From a virus: a DNA stretch of 64,000 nt. Every line of letters starts with the position of its first letter. Position 1 is the stretch's first letter. The position numbers and the translations under genes were made by a program. Location: IMG/VR virus record IMGVR_UViG_3300047095_001251, positions 6,203 through 70,202 of that record; one strand, given 5' to 3'. Under the pieces are notes generated by a model that had not been told where the DNA came from, searched no databases, and was given only the letters and a program-made list of their open reading frames with translations. Below are positions 30,886 through 40,113 of this stretch, piece by piece.

Positions 30886-31028
30886 CTAAAATCCAGGATT
30901 TGCCTGGAGACGCAATGGGCAATTCTGTTCTCCATTTTGAAACTGGTGGAAATGGATGATAATCAATACGTCCAGTCGAAAGACTGGACTACTTTATTTT
31001 TAAATTTTTCATAAAGATATTATATATT
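30886..31028 (+). repeat. copy 3 of terminator+promoter cassette repeat (inverted relative to copies 1 and 2)
   Basis: Contains GTCCAGTC-GAAA-GACTGGAC hairpin with T-tract, then TTTCATAAAGATATTATATA. Confidence 0.9.
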
Positions 31029-31132
31029 GAAGCAGTTTAACTTTTTAAATTAAAGGAGATTGAAATGTTTGGTCCAGTATTTTTTTAAAATTATAGATTA
31101 AAAATTAAAATTGTGGACAGGAGTTTTTTTAT

Positions 31133-32296
31133 TTGGAATATTTGAGTGTTGAAGTAATTAATAGATTAGGATTAACTATTGAAGAATTTAAATTAATGTC
31201 ATTAAAGAAACCTAATAATATGGGAGAATACATCAATCTCCCGTCAGAAGTAGTTGTAGCAAAGGTAGAGAAAGATTTAGAAATTTTAAATTTAGAATCT
31301 ATAGAAAATTTCCCCGTTAAAAAAGACACATATTTATTTTTACGAATGTCTAATTTTATTAAATTATTTAATAAGGGACATATATTACCAACATCTATTT
31401 TTAAACAAGTATATAAACCATATACTGGTCAAGATTTAAATAATAAACATTTACTAGTATGGGTTTTTAATGCAGGCATAGGTGATATAGTTTTTCAATT
31501 GACAGTTTTAAGATTATTAAAAATAAAATTTCCAAGATTATATATCACATATGCGGTACCAAAGGATTATATAGAATTTATTAAATCTATAAATATTGTA
31601 GATAACGTGATAATAAATATATTTGAAGCAAAACTATTATTAACATCAGATTACCATTTACATTTTGAAGGATTAATTAGATCTGGATTAGGGGAACATA
31701 CTAATATATATAAATTATTAGCGGAAAGGGTATATTTAAATAACACATTAGAAGAATTATATCCGCAATTCCCACCAAATCCGATATACCGAAAAGTTTG
31801 GGAAATAGAATTAAAAAATAGAAATATAGATGAATTTATTATTATTAATTTTAATTCAAATAACCCCATGAGGGGAGCGTCTTCTAATTTTAAAAATAAA
31901 TTATTAGATAAGTTTAAAGAAAAAATTATTGTGTTTATTGACCATCCGAGAAATTCATATAATATAGATAAATTAATAAAAGGTAGAGATAATTGTTACA
32001 ATTTTTCAGATTTATCTAAAAATTTAATTCAATCAGTTTCCCTTTTATCGTTAGCTAAGTTAGTAATTTCTGTAGATACTGGGTTAATACATTTAGCTGC
32101 TGCAGTCGGAACCCCTACATTTGGAATATATGGACCTTTCCCTGGAGAATTAAGAGTTTTAAGTTATCCAAATTCTAAATTTATTAATGGATTATGTAGA
32201 TTAAATAAATCATGTATGGAACATGATAAATTCAAATGTGATTATTGGAACATAGATGGTCCCGAATGTTATGATAATATAGATCTTTGTTTTTAA
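31133..32296 (+). CDS. glycosyltransferase family 9 (heptosyltransferase-like)
   Basis: AGIGDIV...LRLLKIKFP N-terminal motif and ISVDTGLIHLAAAVGTPTFGIYGP C-terminal motif. Confidence 0.88.
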   Translation: MEYLSVEVINRLGLTIEEFKLMSLKKPNNMGEYINLPSEVVVAKVEKDLEILNLESIENFPVKKDTYLFLRMSNFIKLFNKGHILPTSIFKQVYKPYTGQDLNNKHLLVWVFNAGIGDIVFQLTVLRLLKIKFPRLYITYAVPKDYIEFIKSINIVDNVIINIFEAKLLLTSDYHLHFEGLIRSGLGEHTNIYKLLAERVYLNNTLEELYPQFPPNPIYRKVWEIELKNRNIDEFIIINFNSNNPMRGASSNFKNKLLDKFKEKIIVFIDHPRNSYNIDKLIKGRDNCYNFSDLSKNLIQSVSLLSLAKLVISVDTGLIHLAAAVGTPTFGIYGPFPGELRVLSYPNSKFINGLCRLNKSCMEHDKFKCDYWNIDGPECYDNIDLCF

Positions 32297-32368
32297 CTTT
32301 TTCATAAAGATATTATATATTAATATAAACCGGACTGTGTCCAATAACTTCTCTTGAAAGGAGAAGCC

Positions 32369-32710
32369 ATGAGTACGTTGATTGAATTGATTGACCAGGA
32401 AGACGATGGTCTTTCTGTTCCGGACGAAGTAGTTCATAAGAAATTTCAGTCCAAAAGGGCTGAATTCATTAACGAAAGTCAGGTCGACCTTCGTAGTGAG
32501 TCATCTGACTCTCTATTGGTAGTTCGTTTCACGATGGCTCGTAGCTTTTGGATTTTCCCAGTAGTGGAAGTCCACGCTTGGAGTAAATCGGCGGGAATTG
32601 GCCCCCCCATGGTGAAATTGGGGAAAATCTCCAAAGATTTGGCATTAAAACTGATAGACATCGGGGACGCGAATATCGCGTTGACAACGGTGTTGTCGAA
32701 AGCGGGGTAA
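32369..32710 (+). CDS. hypothetical higher-GC cassette gene; likely start MSTLIEL
   Basis: Promoter motif 32300-32319, AAGGAG RBS, terminator AAGCGGGGTAACCCGCTTTTT. Confidence 0.65.
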   Translation: MSTLIELIDQEDDGLSVPDEVVHKKFQSKRAEFINESQVDLRSESSDSLLVVRFTMARSFWIFPVVEVHAWSKSAGIGPPMVKLGKISKDLALKLIDIGDANIALTTVLSKAG

Positions 32711-32797
32711 CCCGCTTTTTCTTTTATTTTTAAAAATAAAAATTAACCAATTATTATCAATTTGAATTTTTAATAACCTTTCATTTAAAGATAGAAA

Positions 32798-33049
32798 ATG
32801 AAATCAATTTTAGAAAGTTTAGATTTTTTAATTGAAGAATCAAATTATCATCATTATAGGAAAAATATTAAGTTAGGAAGTTTAGTTTCTGTGGTTAAAA
32901 AAGAAAATCAGAGAAATGGGATCCAACATAAAGGTGTAGTTCAAAAAATTTTAACTTCTAAATCTACACATACCCGAGGAATTAAGGTTAAAGTAAAATT
33001 AAGAAATGGAAGTGTAATTGTTGGCAGAGTTCAATCATTATTAAATTAA
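32798..33049 (+). CDS. YwbE/DUF2196-family protein with shared N-terminal leader
   Basis: RKNIKLG..V.VVKKENQR.G...GVV..ILT.K.THTRGIKV...GRVQ; leader MKSILESLDFLIEE. Confidence 0.75.
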   Translation: MKSILESLDFLIEESNYHHYRKNIKLGSLVSVVKKENQRNGIQHKGVVQKILTSKSTHTRGIKVKVKLRNGSVIVGRVQSLLN

Positions 33050-33055
33050 AAGAGA

Positions 33056-33079
33056 ATCAGGGGGACGAATCCCCCTGAT
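33056..33079. terminator. bidirectional hairpin terminator
   Basis: ATCAGGGGGA-CGAA-TCCCCCTGAT between convergent genes. Confidence 0.7.
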
Positions 33080-33091
33080 TAACTCAACCAT

Positions 33092-33250
33092 CTAGAGCTG
33101 GGTTGGCGATCCCTGGGCTGCCTGAATCCCAAAGAACACCAACCCAGAAGTGATGATCTCGGTGAGGTATTCCTTGACATCGGGAACAAATGCCACGACC
33201 GTCGCGATAATTCCAACAAACATTACCACAGCAACTGTTTTCTTATTCAT
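33092..33250 (-). CDS. 52-aa two-TM protein (not in ORF track)
   Basis: MNKKTVAVVMFVGIIATVVAFVPDVKEYLTEIITSGLVFFGIQAAQGSPTQL*; AGGAG RBS; promoter motif 33288-33307. Confidence 0.7.
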   Translation of the reverse strand: MNKKTVAVVMFVGIIATVVAFVPDVKEYLTEIITSGLVFFGIQAAQGSPTQL

Positions 33251-33344
33251 TTTATTCTCTCCTATTTTGTGAAAGGTTGTTTTATAATATATAATATCTT
33301 TATGAAAAAGTTAAAAACAAAGTAAAAAAAAGGATATTCGAAGA

Positions 33345-33824
33345 ATGCTATTATTAAAAATAGTAACAGCAGATAATAATATTAAGGAATTAATAACAGA
33401 AGAATCAGCAAATATTAATAATGTGATCGAAATAGATTTTCTTGAATTTATAAATGAACACATTTTAAAATATGTTAAATCTAATATAGAACAGTTTATT
33501 GTTGAAGATAATTTAATATTAACAAAAAATAATATTGCAAATTTTTCTAAAAATATGATATTAAATATTTTGGAAGAATTATCTTTGAGAGATAGATTAA
33601 AACACGGAATTTATAAGTTGGGAGCAGGTATTTCAGTTAAAGGACATGAAATTTTAAATGATCCAACAACACATCATACTATGTATAACGCCATTAGTAA
33701 CCCTAGTCTGAGAAATATTGGATTTGCTGGAGCTACATTAATAGGTGACAAAATTATTAAGAAAGCATTTGCGACAAAAACTGTTCAAAATGCATTAACG
33801 AAAATTAAAAAAAATAATAAGTAA
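33345..33824 (+). CDS. hypothetical (possibly processed head) protein
   Basis: Multiple [IL]xE sites in N-terminal half and a basic C-terminal half. Confidence 0.55.
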   Translation: MLLLKIVTADNNIKELITEESANINNVIEIDFLEFINEHILKYVKSNIEQFIVEDNLILTKNNIANFSKNMILNILEELSLRDRLKHGIYKLGAGISVKGHEILNDPTTHHTMYNAISNPSLRNIGFAGATLIGDKIIKKAFATKTVQNALTKIKKNNK

Positions 33825-33915
33825 TATACCCCTTTAAACGGGGGTATATTATTTTTATTTCTTGTCAATAAATGGACAATAACTAATCGATTATTAGTTT
33901 TTTTGCCCATCCTTA

Positions 33916-34080
33916 TTACTTTCTATCGATATACGGCATTGCGAAGAACCAAGCAAGGAAGATTAAACCAATTAGGGTATCAGGACGAATCAACTTATCT
34001 ACGCTTATATTGAAAATCAAGATCAACAAAACAGAAACGATTGTCATAATAAATGCTTTGATAGTAGTTATAATGATCAT
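33916..34080 (-). CDS. 54-aa two-TM protein (not in ORF track)
   Basis: MIIITTIKAFIMTIVSVLLILIFNISVDKLIRPDTLIGLIFLAWFFAMPYIDRK*; GGAGG RBS; TAATG coupling to upstream gene. Confidence 0.6.
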   Translation of the reverse strand: MIIITTIKAFIMTIVSVLLILIFNISVDKLIRPDTLIGLIFLAWFFAMPYIDRK

Positions 34081-34217
34081 TATCTTCCTCCAAAAAGCTC
34101 AACTACTTTGATGAAAAGTTCGAAGAAAAACTGTATAATGTATAATACCCCATTGAAAATCGCATGAAGTATATACACTAATACAGATATTATTTTATAG
34201 AAGATGATATCATCCAT
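34080..34217 (-). CDS. 45-aa hydrophobic protein (not in ORF track)
   Basis: MDDIIFYKIISVLVYILHAIFNGVLYIIQFFFELFIKVVELFGGR*; GGAG RBS; promoter motif 34251-34270. Confidence 0.6.
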   Translation of the reverse strand: MDDIIFYKIISVLVYILHAIFNGVLYIIQFFFELFIKVVELFGGR

Positions 34218-34445
34218 TTGTTTTTTCTCCATTATAGGGGTTTTTGATATTATATAATATCTTTATGAAAAAATTAAAAAAACAAAATTATTATTAATGA
34301 CTATAATTAATTTAAAAGGATAAAAATATAAAGATATTATAAATTTGAAATACTTGATTTTCAATATATTTCATATAGATATTAATAGTAAGAGAAGTTA
34401 AAAAATTCCGCCGCTAAAATTCCAACAATTTAAAAATGGTACATA

Positions 34446-36167
34446 ATGGAATCTAATCAACAAGAGACATCTCAAACAAGTTATAGTTTATATAATAGTT
34501 TTTTAATTAATTTTATTAATAAAGAATTTTTATCAAATTTAATTAATGTATCATTATATCAAGCAGAGTTAGAAAGAGATATAATAAAATTTATTAAAAA
34601 ATTTTTATTCTCATTAAGAAAGGACATTAAGAATACGAATGATTTAAATATACCAGTTAATCATTTTATTGGATTAATAAACACTTCAGAAAAAATATTA
34701 TCATTAAAAGAAGATTTTAATTCAGTTATTAATTATGATAACATATTAAATCATTTTAGTAAATTAGATTCATCGGTATTAATAACTGTCAAGAATATAC
34801 AGAATGAAAGAATAGTAGACAATACAATTTTTAAAAAGAAACTAGATGAAGTAATACAAGTAATACAGATTTATAATAAAATAAATGAGGTAGCAACTCC
34901 TGTATTATTACAATTAGGTTCATTAATAAATGAAGCTTTACAGGGAGGGTCTACTCCTACGGTTTGGGTTAAGAATTTTACAGATATTATTAGTTCAAGT
35001 CATTCTAATTTATCATCATTAAAAGAATTATCAAAAGAGGAAACAGTTTCAGATTTTATGTCATTAGGGGATTCGTCGAGTACTACTCCTATTATTTCAG
35101 AATTAATGACTTTTCTTTCTACTTCATTTAAGAGATATTCTACAGGATACCCTATCATAGATGAAAATGCTGGAGGAATTGAATCTGGCAGTGTTACTAT
35201 AATTTCAGGGCCTTCTAATCATGCTAAATCGATTTTCATGATTAATATTATGAAGAATATAGTTGAGCAAAATAGATGGGATGAGAATGATGCTGTTTTA
35301 TTAGTATCGTTAGAAGACGACAAATTTAAAGTTCTTTCTAGAGCGTTGAGTATATTTGGTAATTATAATAATAAAGTTATCAAAGAAGGATATATTCGTA
35401 CAGGTGAATTAAATCATAAAAATCCGAACTTATATTCTTCAATTTCACAATTTTGGAAAAATAAATTAGATGAATCAATTATTTCAATTACGAAAAATAA
35501 ATGTAAATTATTAATTAAACATTGTACTGCGAATTCTTTTTCTATGAATGATGTTAATTCATTTATAGAAAGAAGGAAAACAGAAGGTATAAATGTAAAG
35601 TTGGTAGCGGTAGATTATTTAGATTTAATGCAATCGTCATTTTCGAGATATTCTAGTACAACAGATGATTATCAACTTCATGGTGATATTGTATTAAATA
35701 TGAGGGATACTGCAAAAAATAAAGGAATCCCGATAATCACTATTTCTCAAAATAATAGGGGTTCTGAAGAAAACAGAGTACAATCTAATAATAGTATTGG
35801 AGGATCAATCAAAAAGATTAGGTATTCTGATTTAGTTGTAATGATAAATCAAGATTCTACGAAAGATTTATTAAACCCGCAAGTAATGAATGATATTAAT
35901 GGGCAATCAATTATTAATATTAATAATGTAAATGCTAGGGAGGCTATTCCATTCGAAGTAACGATTACAAAGAATAAGAATGGCGATAGAGATGTAAGGA
36001 AATATCATATTTTCTCTAAAAAGAATTTAAGAATATATGAGGATGCTTTAACTTTTGTAAATGAATCTAATCATTGCGATAGGAAGTCGAATAAAATGAA
36101 TGAAGATTTAAAAAATCTTGAATTCACAAATATCAATGACCAAGAATTGGGATTTGATCTAATTTAA
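34446..36167 (+). CDS. DnaB-like replicative helicase
   Basis: YSTGYPIID...GG, Walker A-like GPSNHAKS, SLED, VDYLDLM, ISQNNR, KNKNG. Confidence 0.85.
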   Translation: MESNQQETSQTSYSLYNSFLINFINKEFLSNLINVSLYQAELERDIIKFIKKFLFSLRKDIKNTNDLNIPVNHFIGLINTSEKILSLKEDFNSVINYDNILNHFSKLDSSVLITVKNIQNERIVDNTIFKKKLDEVIQVIQIYNKINEVATPVLLQLGSLINEALQGGSTPTVWVKNFTDIISSSHSNLSSLKELSKEETVSDFMSLGDSSSTTPIISELMTFLSTSFKRYSTGYPIIDENAGGIESGSVTIISGPSNHAKSIFMINIMKNIVEQNRWDENDAVLLVSLEDDKFKVLSRALSIFGNYNNKVIKEGYIRTGELNHKNPNLYSSISQFWKNKLDESIISITKNKCKLLIKHCTANSFSMNDVNSFIERRKTEGINVKLVAVDYLDLMQSSFSRYSSTTDDYQLHGDIVLNMRDTAKNKGIPIITISQNNRGSEENRVQSNNSIGGSIKKIRYSDLVVMINQDSTKDLLNPQVMNDINGQSIININNVNAREAIPFEVTITKNKNGDRDVRKYHIFSKKNLRIYEDALTFVNESNHCDRKSNKMNEDLKNLEFTNINDQELGFDLI

Positions 36168-36181
36168 CAAAAAATTTTATT

Positions 36182-36409
36182 TTGGAGATTCAAATGAGTA
36201 CTGAAAAAAATACTAATGTAGTTGATGAATTTGTTCTAAGTGCAGTTTTAGAAGGTGTTGCTAATGCACCGGTTGCTTTTATGGCGCAATTAGAAGAAGC
36301 TTTGCGTATGGATGTTGCTATTGCCAAAAGTGGAAGTGTAGATAAGTATTTACAAGAAATGATTTTAGCACAAATGGGAGAAGCTTCTGAAGAAGAAGTA
36401 GCGAAATAA
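36182..36409 (+). CDS. hypothetical protein; likely start MSTEK
   Basis: Small acidic ORF with GGAG RBS. Confidence 0.55.
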   Translation: MEIQMSTEKNTNVVDEFVLSAVLEGVANAPVAFMAQLEEALRMDVAIAKSGSVDKYLQEMILAQMGEASEEEVAK

Positions 36410-36442
36410 TTTTTTTATTTTTTGTGTTAAGGAGTTTTTCTT

Positions 36443-36760
36443 TTGAGTTATCTTGAAGATTTACAACCATTAGTTGATCAAATAGAGATAGTTTTTAAAA
36501 TAGAAGTAATTCCTAATTTAGATATTTTAATTAAAACGTTTGGAGAATCTACTTTAATTAATAAAAATTCTAAAGAAGAATTTTCTAAAATATGTAAATC
36601 GTCGATTAAGAAAATATTAACAAATTTATCTAAAAAATATATAGAGAAATTAATTGATTTATATTTTAGTGATGATGGGTTAGCGTTATATATATTTAAT
36701 GTAGTTTTAAATTCTTCTAAAGAATACATTGTAGAAACTTCGAGAAATAGGAGAGTATAA
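36443..36760 (+). CDS. hypothetical protein
   Basis: 105-aa ORF with AAGGAG RBS. Confidence 0.6.
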   Translation: MSYLEDLQPLVDQIEIVFKIEVIPNLDILIKTFGESTLINKNSKEEFSKICKSSIKKILTNLSKKYIEKLIDLYFSDDGLALYIFNVVLNSSKEYIVETSRNRRV

Positions 36761-36762
36761 TT

Positions 36763-38904
36763 ATGGCCGGATTTTTCGAAGATTTGTTTGGATCGAAGAA
36801 AGAAATGAGTAATGGAGTAGTTGATGATTTAATTTCAAGAATCGATTCTGCGGTTGACAATTTAAATATAAAAGCAGGAAACGATATTTTTTCAGAAGAT
36901 TCGTTAATTTCTAGATCTGTTTCTGATTTATTAATTAATAATGATCAATCTAATGATCCATTTGACAAATTTAAACCTACTGAAATAGATTCTCTTTTTA
37001 AAGACATCTCCATCCCAGCAGAACGAATTCAAAAATACCAAGTATATGATTCAATTTATACATCCGTGCCTATTATTAAACGGATTGTTACAGTTTATAT
37101 GGATAATATATTCCAGAAAGACACTATTAATAATAAAATCTTTAATATTAAAGAAATAAAAGCTGATAATTTTTCTGGAGATAAAGAAGAATACCTTAGT
37201 TTTATTAAAAAATTTATAGAGTTTTTTAATTTAGAAGAAAAGTTAAAAAATATAGTATTCAAATCTATTAAATATGGTGATTCATATATCGAATTGGTAA
37301 ATTTAGATAAGATCGAAGATAAGTTCCCAGTTGTAATGAAACCAAATTCCGCCGCTCAAGATAAAAACACATTATCAGAATACTCTAATAAAGTAGTAAC
37401 AGAAAGTGTAATTTTTGAAAGTTTAAAAAAGTCATTAGAGTTTAATAGTTATAAATTAGATTCTTTAGATTTTAATAAACTATCTGATCTATTATTCGAA
37501 TTTAAAGATATTACTACTTTAAATGAGGTAGAAGACACTTTTATTTTCGAATCTTCATCAAATAATAATTCTAAAAGTAAGGATAATATGCATGGTATTT
37601 TATTAAGATATCATAATCCACATAATATAATACCAGTAGTAACTGAATATAATTCAGTATTAGGATATGTAGAAATAAATGAAATAGAAAAGAAAAATAA
37701 TGAATCTTTTAATCCAACTTTAGGATTCTTAGATATAATTAAAAAAGTATCGTCAAATTCTTCAGGTACATTGGAACAAAATCAAGAAAAATTAATTAAA
37801 AACTTTGCAGTAGAAATAGCTAAGAAAATTATTCTTAAATATAATATATTCTATAGTAACGATAATAACTCTAATAATAGATTAAAATTAGAAAAAGATT
37901 ATAATCAAAAGATTAAAGATAATTTAGATAAAGAGATTTTCTATTCTTTAAAAAGAATGTTAGTCGAATCTAAATCTATTTCTCTTTTTCATAAGAAATT
38001 ATCTGTTAGATTTATTCCAGTTAATAATATGTTTAAGTTTTCAATTAATTCTGATCAAAATTTTCCATTTGGCGAGTCAATATTATCAAATTTAGTATAC
38101 CCTGCTAAATTATATTTATTAACACAATTATCAAATGTTATTAATAAATTAAGTAGATCTTCAATTATAAGGAAATGGACAGTAGATTTGGGTTCAAGAG
38201 AAAATGATGCAGAATTTGTTAATAGATTAAAACAACAATTAAGATCTAATAAAATTACTGCTTCAGATTTAACTACTAATAAAGATACTACTAGAATTTT
38301 ATCAGATTATAGAGATCTTTTAACATTTACTAAAAGAGGTCAACCATATGTTAATGTCGAGACATTACCATTAGGGGATTCTGGTTCAAATATTCGTGTC
38401 CAAGATTTAGAACAATTATTAAAGGAAATTATGAGTTTAAGTGGAATCCCAGGAACTTACTTGGGTATAGATATGAATGTTGAATTAAAAGATCAATTAT
38501 CTCATGTAAATATTTCCTTTGCAAATACAATTAGTTCTATTCAACACAATATATCAACTTCATTAAATGATCTAATGGATCGAGTAGCGAGCGAACTCGG
38601 ATTTAAAGATAGAGTATCGAGTGTTGCGAAAATTCATTTAGTACCTCCTATAGCTTTAATTTTACAATTAATTGAATCTGCAATTACATCAGTTACTAAC
38701 ATTAATAGATTATTTATTGATATCCCTGCGTTGAAAGATTTAGATCCATTATATTTATTAAAATCGTATGTACCTTATATCGATTGGGAAGAATATATGG
38801 AGTACAGTGATAGTAGAAAAAGAGAATTAGATATTATTAAATTAAAGCAACAAGTAATCCAACAACAAACTGGTTCGCAGCAACAAAACGGACCTCCATT
38901 TTAG
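36763..38904 (+). CDS. portal protein (T4 gp20-like)
   Basis: IKYGDSY, PFGESIL, RKWTVDLG, VETLP, LSGIPGTYL; upstream of protease and MCP. Confidence 0.85.
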   Translation: MAGFFEDLFGSKKEMSNGVVDDLISRIDSAVDNLNIKAGNDIFSEDSLISRSVSDLLINNDQSNDPFDKFKPTEIDSLFKDISIPAERIQKYQVYDSIYTSVPIIKRIVTVYMDNIFQKDTINNKIFNIKEIKADNFSGDKEEYLSFIKKFIEFFNLEEKLKNIVFKSIKYGDSYIELVNLDKIEDKFPVVMKPNSAAQDKNTLSEYSNKVVTESVIFESLKKSLEFNSYKLDSLDFNKLSDLLFEFKDITTLNEVEDTFIFESSSNNNSKSKDNMHGILLRYHNPHNIIPVVTEYNSVLGYVEINEIEKKNNESFNPTLGFLDIIKKVSSNSSGTLEQNQEKLIKNFAVEIAKKIILKYNIFYSNDNNSNNRLKLEKDYNQKIKDNLDKEIFYSLKRMLVESKSISLFHKKLSVRFIPVNNMFKFSINSDQNFPFGESILSNLVYPAKLYLLTQLSNVINKLSRSSIIRKWTVDLGSRENDAEFVNRLKQQLRSNKITASDLTTNKDTTRILSDYRDLLTFTKRGQPYVNVETLPLGDSGSNIRVQDLEQLLKEIMSLSGIPGTYLGIDMNVELKDQLSHVNISFANTISSIQHNISTSLNDLMDRVASELGFKDRVSSVAKIHLVPPIALILQLIESAITSVTNINRLFIDIPALKDLDPLYLLKSYVPYIDWEEYMEYSDSRKRELDIIKLKQQVIQQQTGSQQQNGPPF

Positions 38905-38925
38905 TCCTATCTGATAGGAGAAAAA

Positions 38926-39276
38926 ATGCACATTCTTCACCTTTTAATGGAAGCATCTAATTCTTTGCAAGGTCTCCAACAACAAGAACCAGTTCAACCG
39001 GATCAACCAGTTCAACAACCTGTAGTAGATCCCGCTGCACAACAATTGGCAGAACCTCCTGAAATGATAGAATTTAAAAAATATATCATTTTTGGTAAAT
39101 TAAAAGAATTAAAAGATTCATTAGAAAATGCTTCTATAGTTTATTCAAAAGATTATAAAGATGTCGTCTACTTTATTAATATATTAATTACTTTTTATGA
39201 TATTTTTGAATACGAACAATTAATTAATATTGTTAATGTATTAATAGATAAGATCGAAAAACTTAAAAAAAAATAA
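38926..39276 (+). CDS. probable prohead core/scaffold-type protein
   Basis: Between portal and protease; MHILHLLME leader and Gln/Pro-rich linker. Confidence 0.5.
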   Translation: MHILHLLMEASNSLQGLQQQEPVQPDQPVQQPVVDPAAQQLAEPPEMIEFKKYIIFGKLKELKDSLENASIVYSKDYKDVVYFINILITFYDIFEYEQLINIVNVLIDKIEKLKKK

Positions 39277-39292
39277 CACGGAGCTTTTATTT

Positions 39293-40069
39293 ATGAGAGG
39301 AATTACTTTAGTAATGGAGGAAACTTTTTCAGTTACTCCAGGTAATTTGAAAATTTTACAAGAATCTATTTTAGAGAATGGGTCGGGTAAAGTAAAATTT
39401 AAAGTTCCTCTACAAGATGCTGAAACTGTTAATGGAAATCGCAGATTTTATTCAAGAGAGACTTGTAATTCGATTGTAGAATCTCTTAAACCGATGGCTA
39501 AAAATAGATGTCTATTTCAAGAAATAGATCATCCTATGATATCTTCAAATGACCAAGATTCCATTAAGAAAAGAGCAGTAGTAGTAGAACTTAAAAACTG
39601 CGGAAGTATGATTAGTGACATATATATGGATGGTAATAATGTCATGGGGATTATTGAAACTCTTTCTGGGTTTAGAGGCCCGGACTTAGCTGATTTAATC
39701 TTAAAAGATAAAGCTAATATTGGATTTAGCTTACGTGCATTTTCTAGGGTTGAACCTCATCCTAGACTTGAAAATGTAATGGAAGTAAAAAATCCGATTA
39801 AATCAATTACTTATGATACAGTCACGAACCCATCCCATAAAAATTCAAGAATGGTTCAATTTACTACAGAATCTGCACAATTTAGAGAATTATTGAATTC
39901 TTCCGATGAAGATGAATTAAATATAATTCATGAGTGCGAGTCTATTTTATCTACCGATAATTTATATAACCCAAATACATCAAAACAGGTAATTGTCCAA
40001 TACCTTAATGAATTAGTACGGGAAGCTTATGATGAGCTTCGTACAATTACATTCAAAGTTGGCAAATAA
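39293..40069 (+). CDS. prohead maturation protease (T4 gp21-like)
   Basis: NGNRRFY, EIDHP, IGFSLRA, TYDTVTNPSH. Confidence 0.9.
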   Translation: MRGITLVMEETFSVTPGNLKILQESILENGSGKVKFKVPLQDAETVNGNRRFYSRETCNSIVESLKPMAKNRCLFQEIDHPMISSNDQDSIKKRAVVVELKNCGSMISDIYMDGNNVMGIIETLSGFRGPDLADLILKDKANIGFSLRAFSRVEPHPRLENVMEVKNPIKSITYDTVTNPSHKNSRMVQFTTESAQFRELLNSSDEDELNIIHECESILSTDNLYNPNTSKQVIVQYLNELVREAYDELRTITFKVGK

Positions 40070-40113
40070 TTCAAATTTCAAACAAATTAATAAAATAATT
40101 AGGAGTTTCATTA

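Noticed and set aside
30849-30995. CsrA/RsmA sponge RNA, because of many GGA motifs
   Set aside because: Most GGAs lie in predicted stems rather than loops
28479-31028. Repeats as a CRISPR array or DGR template/variable repeats
   Set aside because: Units are over 100 bp, irregularly spaced and one is inverted; differences are not adenine-specific and no reverse transcriptase is present
31065-31088. ORF after the copy-3 promoter and strong RBS (MFGPVFF*)
   Set aside because: Only 7 codons; probably a truncated remnant, and phase variation at the T7 tract is unsupported
26773-40092. AR9-like late promoter AACA-N6-TA (matches at 26773 and 40081)
   Set aside because: Too short for an AT-rich genome, inconsistent before other late genes, and partly the reverse of the TTGTTT element in the main promoter motif
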